The notes under the pieces: generated by a model
What the model saw: the letters and a program-made list of their open reading frames with translations, nothing else
What the model was told of the DNA's origin: nothing
Databases searched by the model: none
Translations under genes and position numbers: made by a program
Assembly: GCA_964187785.1 (NCBI GenBank)
Contig: OZ076409.1
Location: forward strand, 53,570,001 to 53,634,000
Origin: Amphiscolops sp. MND2022
Lineage: Eukaryota
Direction of reading: 5' to 3'
Length of the DNA: 64,000 nucleotides
In this document: piece by piece, positions 10,601 to 19,464 of the stretch
How positions within the stretch are numbered: the stretch's first letter is position 1
Layout: the number at the start of each line of letters is the position of its first letter

Positions 10601-11321
10601 ATGTTTCGCCACCTATCCCAGAATTCGACAATTAGATGAGTGGACTCACACCTTCGAGATCCCCTTGTTCCCCAAAGCCGCCCTGGGAACTTTAGATGCG
10701 TGGGTAAAGGCCGGCAGCGACAATCGAGCGATGCCCCGCTCAGTGTGGCAAGACCTGGCTGCAGTCCAAGGGCGTACGCATCGCGTGTGTCTGCCCCCCG
10801 ATAATGACCCCGGACGAGAGATTGTTTACCCGGGAGCCCTGTATCCGAATTCAGCCGAACACGTCTCTTACGATGAATCCGATTTCTTGCAGGCCGAGGG
10901 CGACATAGTGTTAGCATGCCCTGCTGACCTAAAGACCAACTCTGCCGCCCTGCGATATGTGCTGCGGGAGTGCGGCATGGAAGATGTATTTGCCTTACGA
11001 CCTAAAGTGGGCGAGATTCTCACTATCCCGCCCGATGTGAACCCCAACCCTAACCAAAGTATTCACCTGTTGATAGTCCGTGCTAACCAGCGCGCACCGC
11101 TGCTGACAGATGACTACTTGCGTTGCATGACGTACTTGATACAGCGCCTGATAGATAAAGGATCCACACGGGTCCACCTACCCATTCTGGATCCCGAGAG
11201 ACCGGCTTTCTCGTTGGTCAATCTGTACCATACTCTAACGAACATGTTCGAGGGTACTGGTATTCACGTGGTTTTGCATAGCCGCGTATATGTATCAATA
11301 TTAACTATAGGGCTGAAGTAG
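7584..11321 (+). CDS. Element A Pol part 2: integrase with long C-terminal extension (AT-hook, Cys cluster, two macrodomain-like repeats)
   Basis: HHCC motif HDAMGH...CLTC; catalytic D,D,E in QYDH, SDNA, VERQN; GPY/F-type WRGPHKV; then RRGRGRPPK, CGTCGLRDCVC and TARG1-like repeats. It overlaps the upstream ORF and probably continues it across a 1-nt loss near 7580. Confidence 0.93.
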   Translation: MPPPPSLALQPHEDAYPDYPEDWIDVTDEAREDYLLPTHAVNVPSRTVYAIAGANPVALQGTPSGVRDSIMALNDINTELHEHAHTVHGIKDLILAQNRDVHVLALKKLVLNESIDHDVFPENVREFARNYYRQKKTLLFINKNGVLCVQYPPNQRPLHERPCMIVMPQLYQHEILFRAHDAMGHQGISKVVARIQERHTWPGIRRSVGRYVGQCLTCQQVRDKPGDVRFHLKNIQSGYFNELVQYDHLKICPSDSNNTGILVIIDHFSKFAEAVPCSHHDYDAVTTSRLLLQKWFARHGTPTRMQSDNAPNLTAEVSNEFLKAAHVTKVTSTASHPRTQGLVERQNRTLLTLLRVFCSRRMRDWDQCLDEVMGAYNSTRHATTGFSPYMLTRGVEKAIPLTFLYPEFAAKSFESHEAYVDHVLARQQEIHDLVRRNTHQAQLRQKLKYDRAIQARAYQVGELVWVFCRYVPQKGSPKLMRAWRGPHKVVQVFQDGRVYVLDTGQKVHFERLKPHHSGPLELATAHSDSGEVVVLMDPEPERSVDVVDDDQSLSSYKPEQLLSEASDASLPSRRRHWMDTRLRTKLRAGGSRPHYQQFDYSTSGTDDELSDAMLPIPPNPVDEDMVEPAAPPTTLDQSISPARVLPQLFSDHERVRSPSPQISSEEETSLPGTSASLLTNPSLTNFLSNYPIWPTAPPIPLKSASSDSNVQPDLPDAPETSPGAGTAPSFRRGRGRPPKAQKKRLIRAKARTRKKETPRNAETETAIQAETEAPRTAETLTEASATALRYQLRSKRQPRYKCGTCGLRDCVCLLAVNENRRVPIGARGVPPEERENLVYRLTVRAEKTYSAVERSGDHPVDTILEKLSLPGVAKAPCPRFKEWTSDGKGLEFTLPTVLPPVPSNIAFGPFNFEREPVQMVRCITADLLCDKYGVQVEPGGVYSPAPHWWLLVTAPRVEALVEPLNLLSCLESLRTLTTVDLILCFHIIDWYRGKMKFAWWLELIITCFATYPRIRQLDEWTHTFEIPLFPKAALGTLDAWVKAGSDNRAMPRSVWQDLAAVQGRTHRVCLPPDNDPGREIVYPGALYPNSAEHVSYDESDFLQAEGDIVLACPADLKTNSAALRYVLRECGMEDVFALRPKVGEILTIPPDVNPNPNQSIHLLIVRANQRAPLLTDDYLRCMTYLIQRLIDKGSTRVHLPILDPERPAFSLVNLYHTLTNMFEGTGIHVVLHSRVYVSILTIGLK

Positions 11322-11616
11322 CCTTTTCATTTTAGTTGTCCCCATTTTTCCTTTGCCCTCAGTCCTTGCAACAATTCTTGTAACAACCTTGGAAGAGCCT
11401 TGAAATGCTCTCGAGATGTTAATTTGTCATGTTGTTCACTCAAAGGTTTTGTTCTAGTTCGTTAGTTAGTTAGAGTTAGATTTTAAGTTTGTAGTGGCCC
11501 CCTTACGGAGCTGATGTTGCCTGGCTGCAATTGAAGGACGAACCGACTCACGGCTCGTTCCAGAGAGAACTTGTCCCTGTAAGTCTAACAGTGGTCCTTT
11601 TTAGACCTATGCATTA

Positions 11617-14600
11617 ATGGCCCATTGCCCAAACAATTCAGCGCCTGCAACAGGGTCTAATAGTGCAAGGCCCCAGGAATCTGCGCGAGCGCAGAGGGTC
11701 AATCAGGCCCAATATGTCGAAGAAAAGCTGCGGGACGGTCTTTCGCCAGTAGCCGTAGCTGGGGTGGCCGCCCTACTGACCCAGCTTGAATCGATGCAAA
11801 TGCTGCCAAATGCATCTTTGTCAATCACCACGGAGGTGGCAAGCTATCGTCGCACCTTGACGTGCACCAACAATGCCTGGGATGGGCACGACCTGACTCA
11901 CCAGTTCTTGGACGAAAGATCAATCGCAGTGCATGGCCCCAGCCAGGGCACCAGATTCGAACAAGAAACATCACTGCGTATGATGCCCGTTAACGTCCCA
12001 TCGCTGCCTTCCATTGCGGCACCAAATCTAGTGCAGACGACGCCGCATTCTAGCTCGATTGCTTATGGGGCACCATATGGAACCCGGGCAACGACGACGC
12101 AGAACATTACCAATCAACCAGCCTCAAGTCGGGAGCCCTCGGGGTCCCAACCGCCAGCAGTGCCTAATCTAAATCTGATCGGACGGAGTGCCAGCGAGCA
12201 AGCGGTGATTGTGGCCCTGCAGGCTGTCGCCAACTACCCCAACTCCTCTGACTTCGTTCGTGCGGTTGAGCAAAGGATTCCCGGATTGGCACATTACTTG
12301 CAAGCCGCAGCTCAGCCCTCGGGCTGCGTCACCCCACCCACCACCCTAGCCGAAGCTGTGTCTATGGAAGCAGAAACTACGGCTGGACCAAGCACCAGCG
12401 CCATGACCTATCCCCGTGAGGAAACTGGCCGGAAGCGACCCACTGAGGAAAACATCGTCGCTACACGCCATGATTCCGTGACCGACAGTCCGACCAGTCG
12501 TCCCCCTCCGGACAAGCGAGCAGATGTACCCCACCAGCCGCAGATGAAAAGTGTGGTGGTCGTGAGGCCTCCATATCGCGTCGGCCACCTAGGCGTAGGC
12601 GCGCCTCAGATGTCCCTGGAAGAGGCCATCAACCGCTACGGCAGTGTGGATGCGAATCCTGAAACGAGTCTTGTGCCCTCGGGCACAGGCTCTGCCAACA
12701 TGTCCCTGGAGGTGCCCGAGACAATCGATGAGACCAGTCCTCCCGCCTTTCTTCCCCCGTCCGATGATGTATCCGGCACCGTGGTGACTGGCGATAGCAA
12801 ACGCATCTGGATGGCGGCAGAGTGTTTGTACCCGAACACATGTGCGGTCAGAAGGAGAGCACCGCCGTCTGACGCCGAGCAGAGAGAAGTGAGCAGAATC
12901 ACCATTGCGGCTCAGATAACTCGGTCGCTACGTGCCCGTGATGCGGACTTGAGTGAGCAAGCCTGGGAACAGCGTGCTCGAGAGCAACTGCCCGCGACAC
13001 CCAACAACTATATGGCTCGCCTGCAGCATGACCTCACCGAGCAATTTCCCGCTAGGTACATGTTGCACGAAGGAGAAACCTGGGAAGCAAACGCCCGCTA
13101 TGCTCGCAATATCAAGTCAATGAAGCCCCTCTTGAAAGCAGCTCTGCAGCGTGCGCGCTATTGTGTGGCAGTAGATTCGACACTCAAGAGTGATCTCCCC
13201 ATCGACAACCTTCTGCCCGATGTGCTGGTATTAACAATGCCACTCTCCCGCTTCGCTGAGGTCGCAGAGATGGTCGCGGTCATGTACGACCCTAACCTGA
13301 GAGGGTCCCTAAGAGAGCCGCCCCCGCGACGTGTAGTCTTCACCAATCTGATCGACCACATGGCTTGTGAAGGACTGCTACGCAACCTGGATGCCCTCAT
13401 GGCAGATACCCGTAGACCTGGGAGTGTGGCGTCCTTAGTAAACGTGGTTGCAGACGCAATGGAGCGTGCAGCAGGGATCCTTCGGGGTCGTCTGGGAGCG
13501 CTCGCGCTCTTCGCATCCCCGCCGGGATTCATGTATTGGCAACGAAGCTTGCAGCAATTTGTGTACATCCTGTCTGAGGTATGCAAAGCGCGCCGAATCG
13601 AGTTTGCTATTTGCGCGCCAAATCTGCGGGTTGATCGAGGAGACCTACGCCCCGATGCATTGTCATACCCCGCCTTCTTTGCTGCCGTGTCGAGAGTGCT
13701 GATCGCTGTGGAACGATCAGGAAATGCACAACTGACTATCGACGACGCCATACTGTTCGATCATGGAATGTGTATGGGGCGAATGGCCTTCGACTTGGAC
13801 GGGAATCGCGTCATGCGAGCATCCAACATGAGTGAACGAGAGGCCGTCCGACGATACAACTGGTTGGTGCGGAAGGACAAAGAAATTCCCGTACGAGCAG
13901 AGCTGGCAGAGCTCGTGAAGGAAATTGAAACCTGGCCTGCCACACGCACGGTCGAAAGGACCATTCCCCAAATTCGGTTTGCCGCGGGAATAGAACCCGT
14001 CAAGTTGCCCGTGGGCATGAGGTACGTCGTGGCTATAGGGGCGACCAACTTGAAGGCTGAAGTAGATGCCGCCGGAATAACGTATGCCGAATGGTATCAG
14101 TCCAGATTCGTGGACAGGACCCTGGCCGAGGTAGCTCAAGAGCTTAACTGTCCCTTGGAAGCCTTTTGTACCAGTCTCGGACTAGGCTGGAACATCGACG
14201 TAATAGCCTCTGAGTACTTGCTCACCAATGTGCAGACCGACAAATTGTTGGAAACCATCGGCGAAGCTACTGTAGGAGAGATGTTAGCGCTCGCGCTAGC
14301 CATGGGCCCGACGAAGTTTGTGGCAGGTCCCCTTGCTATGTTAGTCGAGTTGGTAGTGTCCAGTGATTTAGTCACCTTTTACAGCTACCTGATCCTCGCG
14401 CAGGGACAACTACGCAGCCTAACTCGATGGGGCCACCTCCTAAATTCCAAGGACCAGCAAGATTATGTCACCCAGCTGGAACGCATGCGTGCGTCCCTCC
14501 AACATTGGTTGTACTCCACCCTAGTGTTCGCCTCTGGCTTGTTCGTAGGCGTGGATCAATCGCAACCCCTCCACCATTCCGAGCGTCAACTCCCTGCGGA

Positions 14601-15897
14601 AACGGCGGGATTCCCCATGCCTCAGCAAATCGCCGATTTGACTCTGGCCGAAGTGGAGGACTTCGTGGCCGTTATGGCTTCCGTCCTGGCTCCAATCTTC
14701 GGTGCGGTCGGTGTGTGCCGGTATCCCACCAAACCACTGGCGAGAGCAGTACAGGTGCAAATGGTCTCCTTCTGCACCTATCTCCAAGGACGTCCCCCAC
14801 TGACCTATCAGCGAATCGTGCAGGCTGTATTGAGTGGCGAGATGCCGCACGGATACACCACCTTGAAGTCGGAGAAACAACTAGAAGAGAATTTGATGGG
14901 TCTGTTGCGTGCCCGCACACGAAAAGCGTGCCCTTTGCCACGAGAATACGGCCCAGTCAACTGGTACTCCGCACCTCTCAGCCTGAATGGAGTCCCCTTT
15001 AGATTCCCTTGGTCGCAGGAGTTCATACGCAAGGTGATCCGTGCCAGCACTAGTGCTGGTCCACCAGTAGATCCCCTGTACGCCTTCAAATGCATCACCT
15101 TCCCAAATCACTACTGGAAGGAGCCACTGGGATGGCCTAGAGCAAAACCCGTTGGTCGCGCCCCTGAAGCCTTCAATCGACAAATCCAGTATATGGAATT
15201 GGCTCAAATCCCAAACTGGATTGAAGGAGCAGCTCAGACTCGTCAGAGGAACCTGCAGAGCCGCGTGACTCCGTTCCCAAGAAAAGCTGCCTGGCGACCG
15301 CAAGCCAAGATGACAATGTCAGGGGATATGTCCATCGTCCAACACGATGAGATTAATTCTGTGCTAGGCTCTGAAGCACGCGCAGAGTGGGAAGGACATT
15401 GTTTGGAGCTGGAAATTGCCAGCTTCCCCAAATGGAAGCGAGCTTGCGAGCTCTGGAGTCAGGCTGGCTGGGTCTCCAAGCGGATATCCTTGGCCGTGGA
15501 GAGTAGAGCTGAACTCGAGAGACAACAGGCGTTCGCGCCTACCATGCTGGCACCCACAATGGCCATGTCACTAAGTCAGCCCATCGACCGGCCCGTGACT
15601 CTGGATTTGCCCACTCATATTCTGCAGCCAGAGCCTGTGAGTCCACCATCGACACAGGCCAGTCCTCAGTCATCGCAACCCCAGACCGGAGAACACGACG
15701 CTGAACTGACCCCCAGCACTATCCTGGTGCAGCCAATCGCCGATTTAACGCTCCCAGAGTACCTGTCAGACTCGGAAACAGTAGTTACTGTGGTTCCTGC
15801 TCAACGTAGAGCGTCAGTTGCGTCGGAAGATGCCAGCAATCCAGGAACTCCCGATGATGCCATAAAGAATCGAGCTCGACGCAGCTCAGCCCAATAA
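11617..15897 (+). CDS. Element A ORF3: 1426-aa accessory protein with central SGNH/GDSL-hydrolase-like domain
   Basis: Uninterrupted 4.3-kb ORF between pol and the PPT/3' LTR. SGNH-like blocks CVAVDSTLK, VLVLTMPLSRF, VVFTNLIDH, LFASPPG, VCKARRIEF, LRPDALSY. The ORF itself is well supported; the product call is tentative. Confidence 0.8.
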   Translation: MAHCPNNSAPATGSNSARPQESARAQRVNQAQYVEEKLRDGLSPVAVAGVAALLTQLESMQMLPNASLSITTEVASYRRTLTCTNNAWDGHDLTHQFLDERSIAVHGPSQGTRFEQETSLRMMPVNVPSLPSIAAPNLVQTTPHSSSIAYGAPYGTRATTTQNITNQPASSREPSGSQPPAVPNLNLIGRSASEQAVIVALQAVANYPNSSDFVRAVEQRIPGLAHYLQAAAQPSGCVTPPTTLAEAVSMEAETTAGPSTSAMTYPREETGRKRPTEENIVATRHDSVTDSPTSRPPPDKRADVPHQPQMKSVVVVRPPYRVGHLGVGAPQMSLEEAINRYGSVDANPETSLVPSGTGSANMSLEVPETIDETSPPAFLPPSDDVSGTVVTGDSKRIWMAAECLYPNTCAVRRRAPPSDAEQREVSRITIAAQITRSLRARDADLSEQAWEQRAREQLPATPNNYMARLQHDLTEQFPARYMLHEGETWEANARYARNIKSMKPLLKAALQRARYCVAVDSTLKSDLPIDNLLPDVLVLTMPLSRFAEVAEMVAVMYDPNLRGSLREPPPRRVVFTNLIDHMACEGLLRNLDALMADTRRPGSVASLVNVVADAMERAAGILRGRLGALALFASPPGFMYWQRSLQQFVYILSEVCKARRIEFAICAPNLRVDRGDLRPDALSYPAFFAAVSRVLIAVERSGNAQLTIDDAILFDHGMCMGRMAFDLDGNRVMRASNMSEREAVRRYNWLVRKDKEIPVRAELAELVKEIETWPATRTVERTIPQIRFAAGIEPVKLPVGMRYVVAIGATNLKAEVDAAGITYAEWYQSRFVDRTLAEVAQELNCPLEAFCTSLGLGWNIDVIASEYLLTNVQTDKLLETIGEATVGEMLALALAMGPTKFVAGPLAMLVELVVSSDLVTFYSYLILAQGQLRSLTRWGHLLNSKDQQDYVTQLERMRASLQHWLYSTLVFASGLFVGVDQSQPLHHSERQLPAETAGFPMPQQIADLTLAEVEDFVAVMASVLAPIFGAVGVCRYPTKPLARAVQVQMVSFCTYLQGRPPLTYQRIVQAVLSGEMPHGYTTLKSEKQLEENLMGLLRARTRKACPLPREYGPVNWYSAPLSLNGVPFRFPWSQEFIRKVIRASTSAGPPVDPLYAFKCITFPNHYWKEPLGWPRAKPVGRAPEAFNRQIQYMELAQIPNWIEGAAQTRQRNLQSRVTPFPRKAAWRPQAKMTMSGDMSIVQHDEINSVLGSEARAEWEGHCLELEIASFPKWKRACELWSQAGWVSKRISLAVESRAELERQQAFAPTMLAPTMAMSLSQPIDRPVTLDLPTHILQPEPVSPPSTQASPQSSQPQTGEHDAELTPSTILVQPIADLTLPEYLSDSETVVTVVPAQRRASVASEDASNPGTPDDAIKNRARRSSAQ

Positions 15898-16650
15898 ACC
15901 CTGCCGCCAATGGGAGCGTTCGCGCTCCCTATAGACTCTAAACTCTACCGAAACTGTGCCTTCAAACTTATCGCTTTAGCCGGTGCTACCCTTACATTTT
16001 GCAATTTTTTGTTCATAGTTATTACTTAGTTATTGTACTGTTAGTAATGCGCTGGGTGTACGGTCAATAGAGTGCACGTGCCCCAGCTGCTTCGCCTACA
16101 AAGTAAAAAAGAATCTATTACCAAAGAAAAACTGTTATTTCTGTTGCTCACCGTTCGCGGTGTTTTTGAGTTGCCATGGTCTAGAAAAAGTCTTAGCCTT
16201 TTAGTTAAGATTTTTGCCGTTTTTCCTTGTGTTTTGGTGCTCAAGCATCTTCTATCGACTGTCTAAGGAGTAGCCGAAGCGGCGCCCTCCCAAAAGAAGT
16301 TTTATGTTGTCCGAAATTGATCGAAAACTGTAAATGTCAAGTTGCATAAAAAAGAAAATTTTAGCTGACCTTGATCGCAAAAGAATTTTTAGCGAAAACT
16401 GCTTGCCCAAACGAGTTTTAACCGACTGAAAACCTTAGCTCTCGAGCTGGTGCTAAAACCTCGTTTGCACTTTTTGTAAAAATACTAGGCAGTAAAATTT
16501 TCTTTGAAAAAAACAGCGAAATTTGTCAAAATTAGTTGCTGAAAAACAAGGACTCGTCCTTGTCCCCTGTGGTGTGGATGATGGTCCCCAGCAGTCTCTG
16601 CGATGCCGTTTCCAGACGAGGCCAGATGCCGCTTGCCAGGGACGACAAGC

Positions 16651-16668
16651 CAGAAGCCCGGGGAGTGA
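16651..16668 (+). other. Putative polypurine tract of element A
   Basis: cagaagcccggggagtga lies immediately before the TG of the LTR; it is purine-rich but imperfect. Confidence 0.6.
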
Positions 16669-17381
16669 TGTAACGGCAACTGCCCATGTCAAAATTTTCG
16701 AAGCAAAAATTCGTTCAAATCTGACGTGGCACTCAAACATGCTCCCGACGAAAGACCTGTCAAAAAAGCAGATCAGAAATCAGAAATCGCCCCCGCGAGA
16801 GACGACAAAAAGAGAAGACGTAGAAAACAGTCCCTAGAACACGGTGAAGTGCCCATCTTTGGCGTTTGCACTACATAGGTAACAGAAACCGGTGTTCCAG
16901 ATGCTCGCCTGAAGATCCTGCGGCGTCCTGTGCGGTGACGAGCGCTAGCGCTGGGAAGCCATGGTCAATTCGCTCCTGCTAAATAACTCAAACTTCTGAT
17001 ATTGTTATGCTTATTGTGCTTTCCTTGTTGTAGTAGATTGATATGCTCGAGAGCTGCCCATTTACATCTATGGTTACCCCTTTTTGATGTCGATTTTATC
17101 AGATTCTCCAATACTATGGCTCAACATCCCCCTGTTTTCAGTCCTCTTTTTAAAGGCTAATTGAGCAGTGGTCTTGAGACATGCAAGATGCCCGTTACTT
17201 TTAGCAGTTACAGACTAGGACCAGGCCAGAGAGTTTCCAACAAGACGGTTCCCCACCTTGGGACTGGCTCCTTCGGAGGGAAAATGAGCTAGGGCCGCGG
17301 AGATCTAAGTCCCGGATTACATTCGCTGTTCTAGTTCCTCCACTCTACGTTGCGGTTCAAGCGCCAGCGCTTATCGTTACA
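16669..17381 (+). repeat. 3' LTR of element A (713 bp)
   Basis: Terminal inverted hexamers TGTAAC...GTTACA. Both boundaries are matched by the homologous 715-bp unit at 49811-50525. Confidence 0.85.
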
Positions 17382-18034
17382 TTACGTCCGTCGCGGTGGA
17401 AATGCAATACCTGTTGCTTGCCATTATATTCGCTACATGAAGTGTTAGCACAAATACAATGAACATGTAAATAGAACAATTAGAGTTAGTAAGAAGCTTT
17501 CAGATAAAACCAAAACCCTCAGTTCATGCCGCTTGTTCACCCCCACCAACTTTTTGATGCTATATAAGTCAGTGACGTAATGTTGATGTCATTTACCCTA
17601 GTTACTATTTTTAGTTCCATGACCACTAGAAGTATGCCTGCCGTGGAAGGAAAAGTATAAATACTCCGGACACGTAGTTCCGGGGGACCACAACTTTTGA
17701 CCCTACCTTGATATCAAAGTACTGCGATTGATCAAACTTTGTATTACGCTCTCATTAGAGAATTTGTATGTGTAGACCTGCTGTGTCTGTTTCCAATAGC
17801 TTTACTCGTTTACTCAAGACATTTAGCCAGTTCACTGTTGGACATCGTGTCCAATGTAGAATGTGTAGATATAATATTAGGAAGGTATTCAAGAGATGAA
17901 AATAGAAATGACCACAGTGAAGATGAACAAAATATGGATTGGATGCAGAGTCTAATAGACCAAAGCAAAATTCCAATATGTTTGGAGAAGGTTTCAGATC
18001 CATTCTTAACACAAATAGTAGGGAAAATAGTTAA

Positions 18035-19464
18035 ATGTTGATAGAAACAACCCATTTGATTAATGATGAAATCTCTAAACAAATGTCCAGGAAGGTTAGT
18101 CAGATCAGATCTAGCTTGAATTCCCAAATTCAGGATGCTATTACTACTGCTATAACCGAAACTTCCCTCTATCCAACATACACTCAGCATGCAGGGGAGA
18201 ACTTTTTTCACCGTGATGTACCAAAGCTCCGGTGGGCTACAACGGAGCACCGGAGTAGCAAATTCCTAGAAAACATGAGAAATTTGACCCAAAACGGGTT
18301 TTACAGGTGAAAATCAGAGACGAATGTCTAAAGAAAGTTCAGCGGAATCTAACTCAAGGAAACAAAATGCGACATGGTAACAGGAGCCAACCTTACCCCA
18401 CATTTAGTTCCTGAGTTCCGCACTGGACGGCCCATGCAATCCCGTGAACCCCTGCAACCTCAAGACTCTATCAATTATTTTGTCACTCCGGTCCTTGAGA
18501 CTAAAAACGAAACTACCCCTCCAGACCCCATTAACCGTCTTCCTGAAGTGGTAGTCGGCATCAAACTCTGATGGTAGGCCCAGTCAGTACGACTACTCTG
18601 ACATTTCACGGTCAATGAGAAAAATTCGAAATCTTTGAAGATCTCTTCCACACAATGATGAAAATGCAACCTGACATGACTGAGGAAATGAAAATAAACC
18701 ATTTCCCCTCATTGCTACGCAAAAATGCACTCCAATTTTTCCGCAGTAGTAACACGACAAACAGACAGACATTGGAGGACATATTGGCTGTATTTTGTAG
18801 GAAATACGTCAAACCTGAGTCCGAGGCGACCGCTAAGCACAAATGGCATAAACTGGTGTTTGATCCAAACACCATGAAATTGCCAGACTTCCTTGAAGTA
18901 CTTGATCAAGGTGCTGAAAAAGCGTTTGGCGAGAATGCCCAGGCAAAGATTGATAGCCTCCTATATGCCAAGTTGCACCAAAACTGTAACGCTCAGTCAA
19001 TATGGCTTGACATGAAAAAGCCAATTATGAGGAAATAGTTATCCACTTAGAAAAAGAACTCGAGCTCAACGGACTTGAGGAGGGTGGCGACATTCCAGTC
19101 CCAACAATGTTCCTTGCCCCGACTGCAACACGACCGGTTAATGGCCTTCTTTCCTCCGGTATTGACACAGGGACCATCTGCAATTACTGCAAAAAACCGG
19201 GGAATACCAAAGACGAAAGTCGAAAACTAAAAAGGAAAGAAGAATTTAAACGCAACGACGCCCAGTCTACCAAAAACGAATACCCAAAGTGCCCGACTTG
19301 TGACAAAACGAACACCCCGGCCGAATAGTGATGGAAAGGCGAAGACACTCACCTCAATTCCAAAAGCCTCAAGTCAGAGGACACGGACACGAACGATACG
19401 TCCATTTCCCATAGTGAACCGGCCGCTAAAACAACAACATCTATCATAAAACTCAAAAAACTAG
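18035..19464 (+). pseudogene. Element B gag pseudogene
   Basis: Fragments MVTGANL and INHFPSLLRKNALQFF...YVKPESEATAKHKWHKLVFDP align to element C gag. Decayed knuckles CNYCKKPGN and CPTCDKTN. Ends at TCAAAAAACTAG. Confidence 0.85.
18375..18386 (+). other. Primer binding site of element B
   Basis: TGGTAACAGGAG directly after CA; 11 of 12 bases match the element C PBS TGGTGACAGGAG. Confidence 0.7.

Larger units (their letters stand above)
1..17381 (+). mobile_element. Element A: giant Ty3/gypsy-class LTR retrotransposon, 5' end outside window
   Basis: Domain order gag-PR-RT-RH-IN. A purine-rich tract precedes a TGTAAC...GTTACA LTR at 16669-17381. No second LTR copy or PBS is visible in 1-1900; assigning 1-1900 to the 5' leader is inference. 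Confidence 0.85.

Noticed and set aside
2018..15431. Many short minus-strand and alternate-frame ORFs within element A
   Set aside because: Shadow frames of long GC-balanced coding sequence, with no independent motifs.
11617..15897. Calling ORF3 an env gene
   Set aside because: The position fits, but I see no signal peptide, furin site with fusion peptide, or C-terminal transmembrane anchor.
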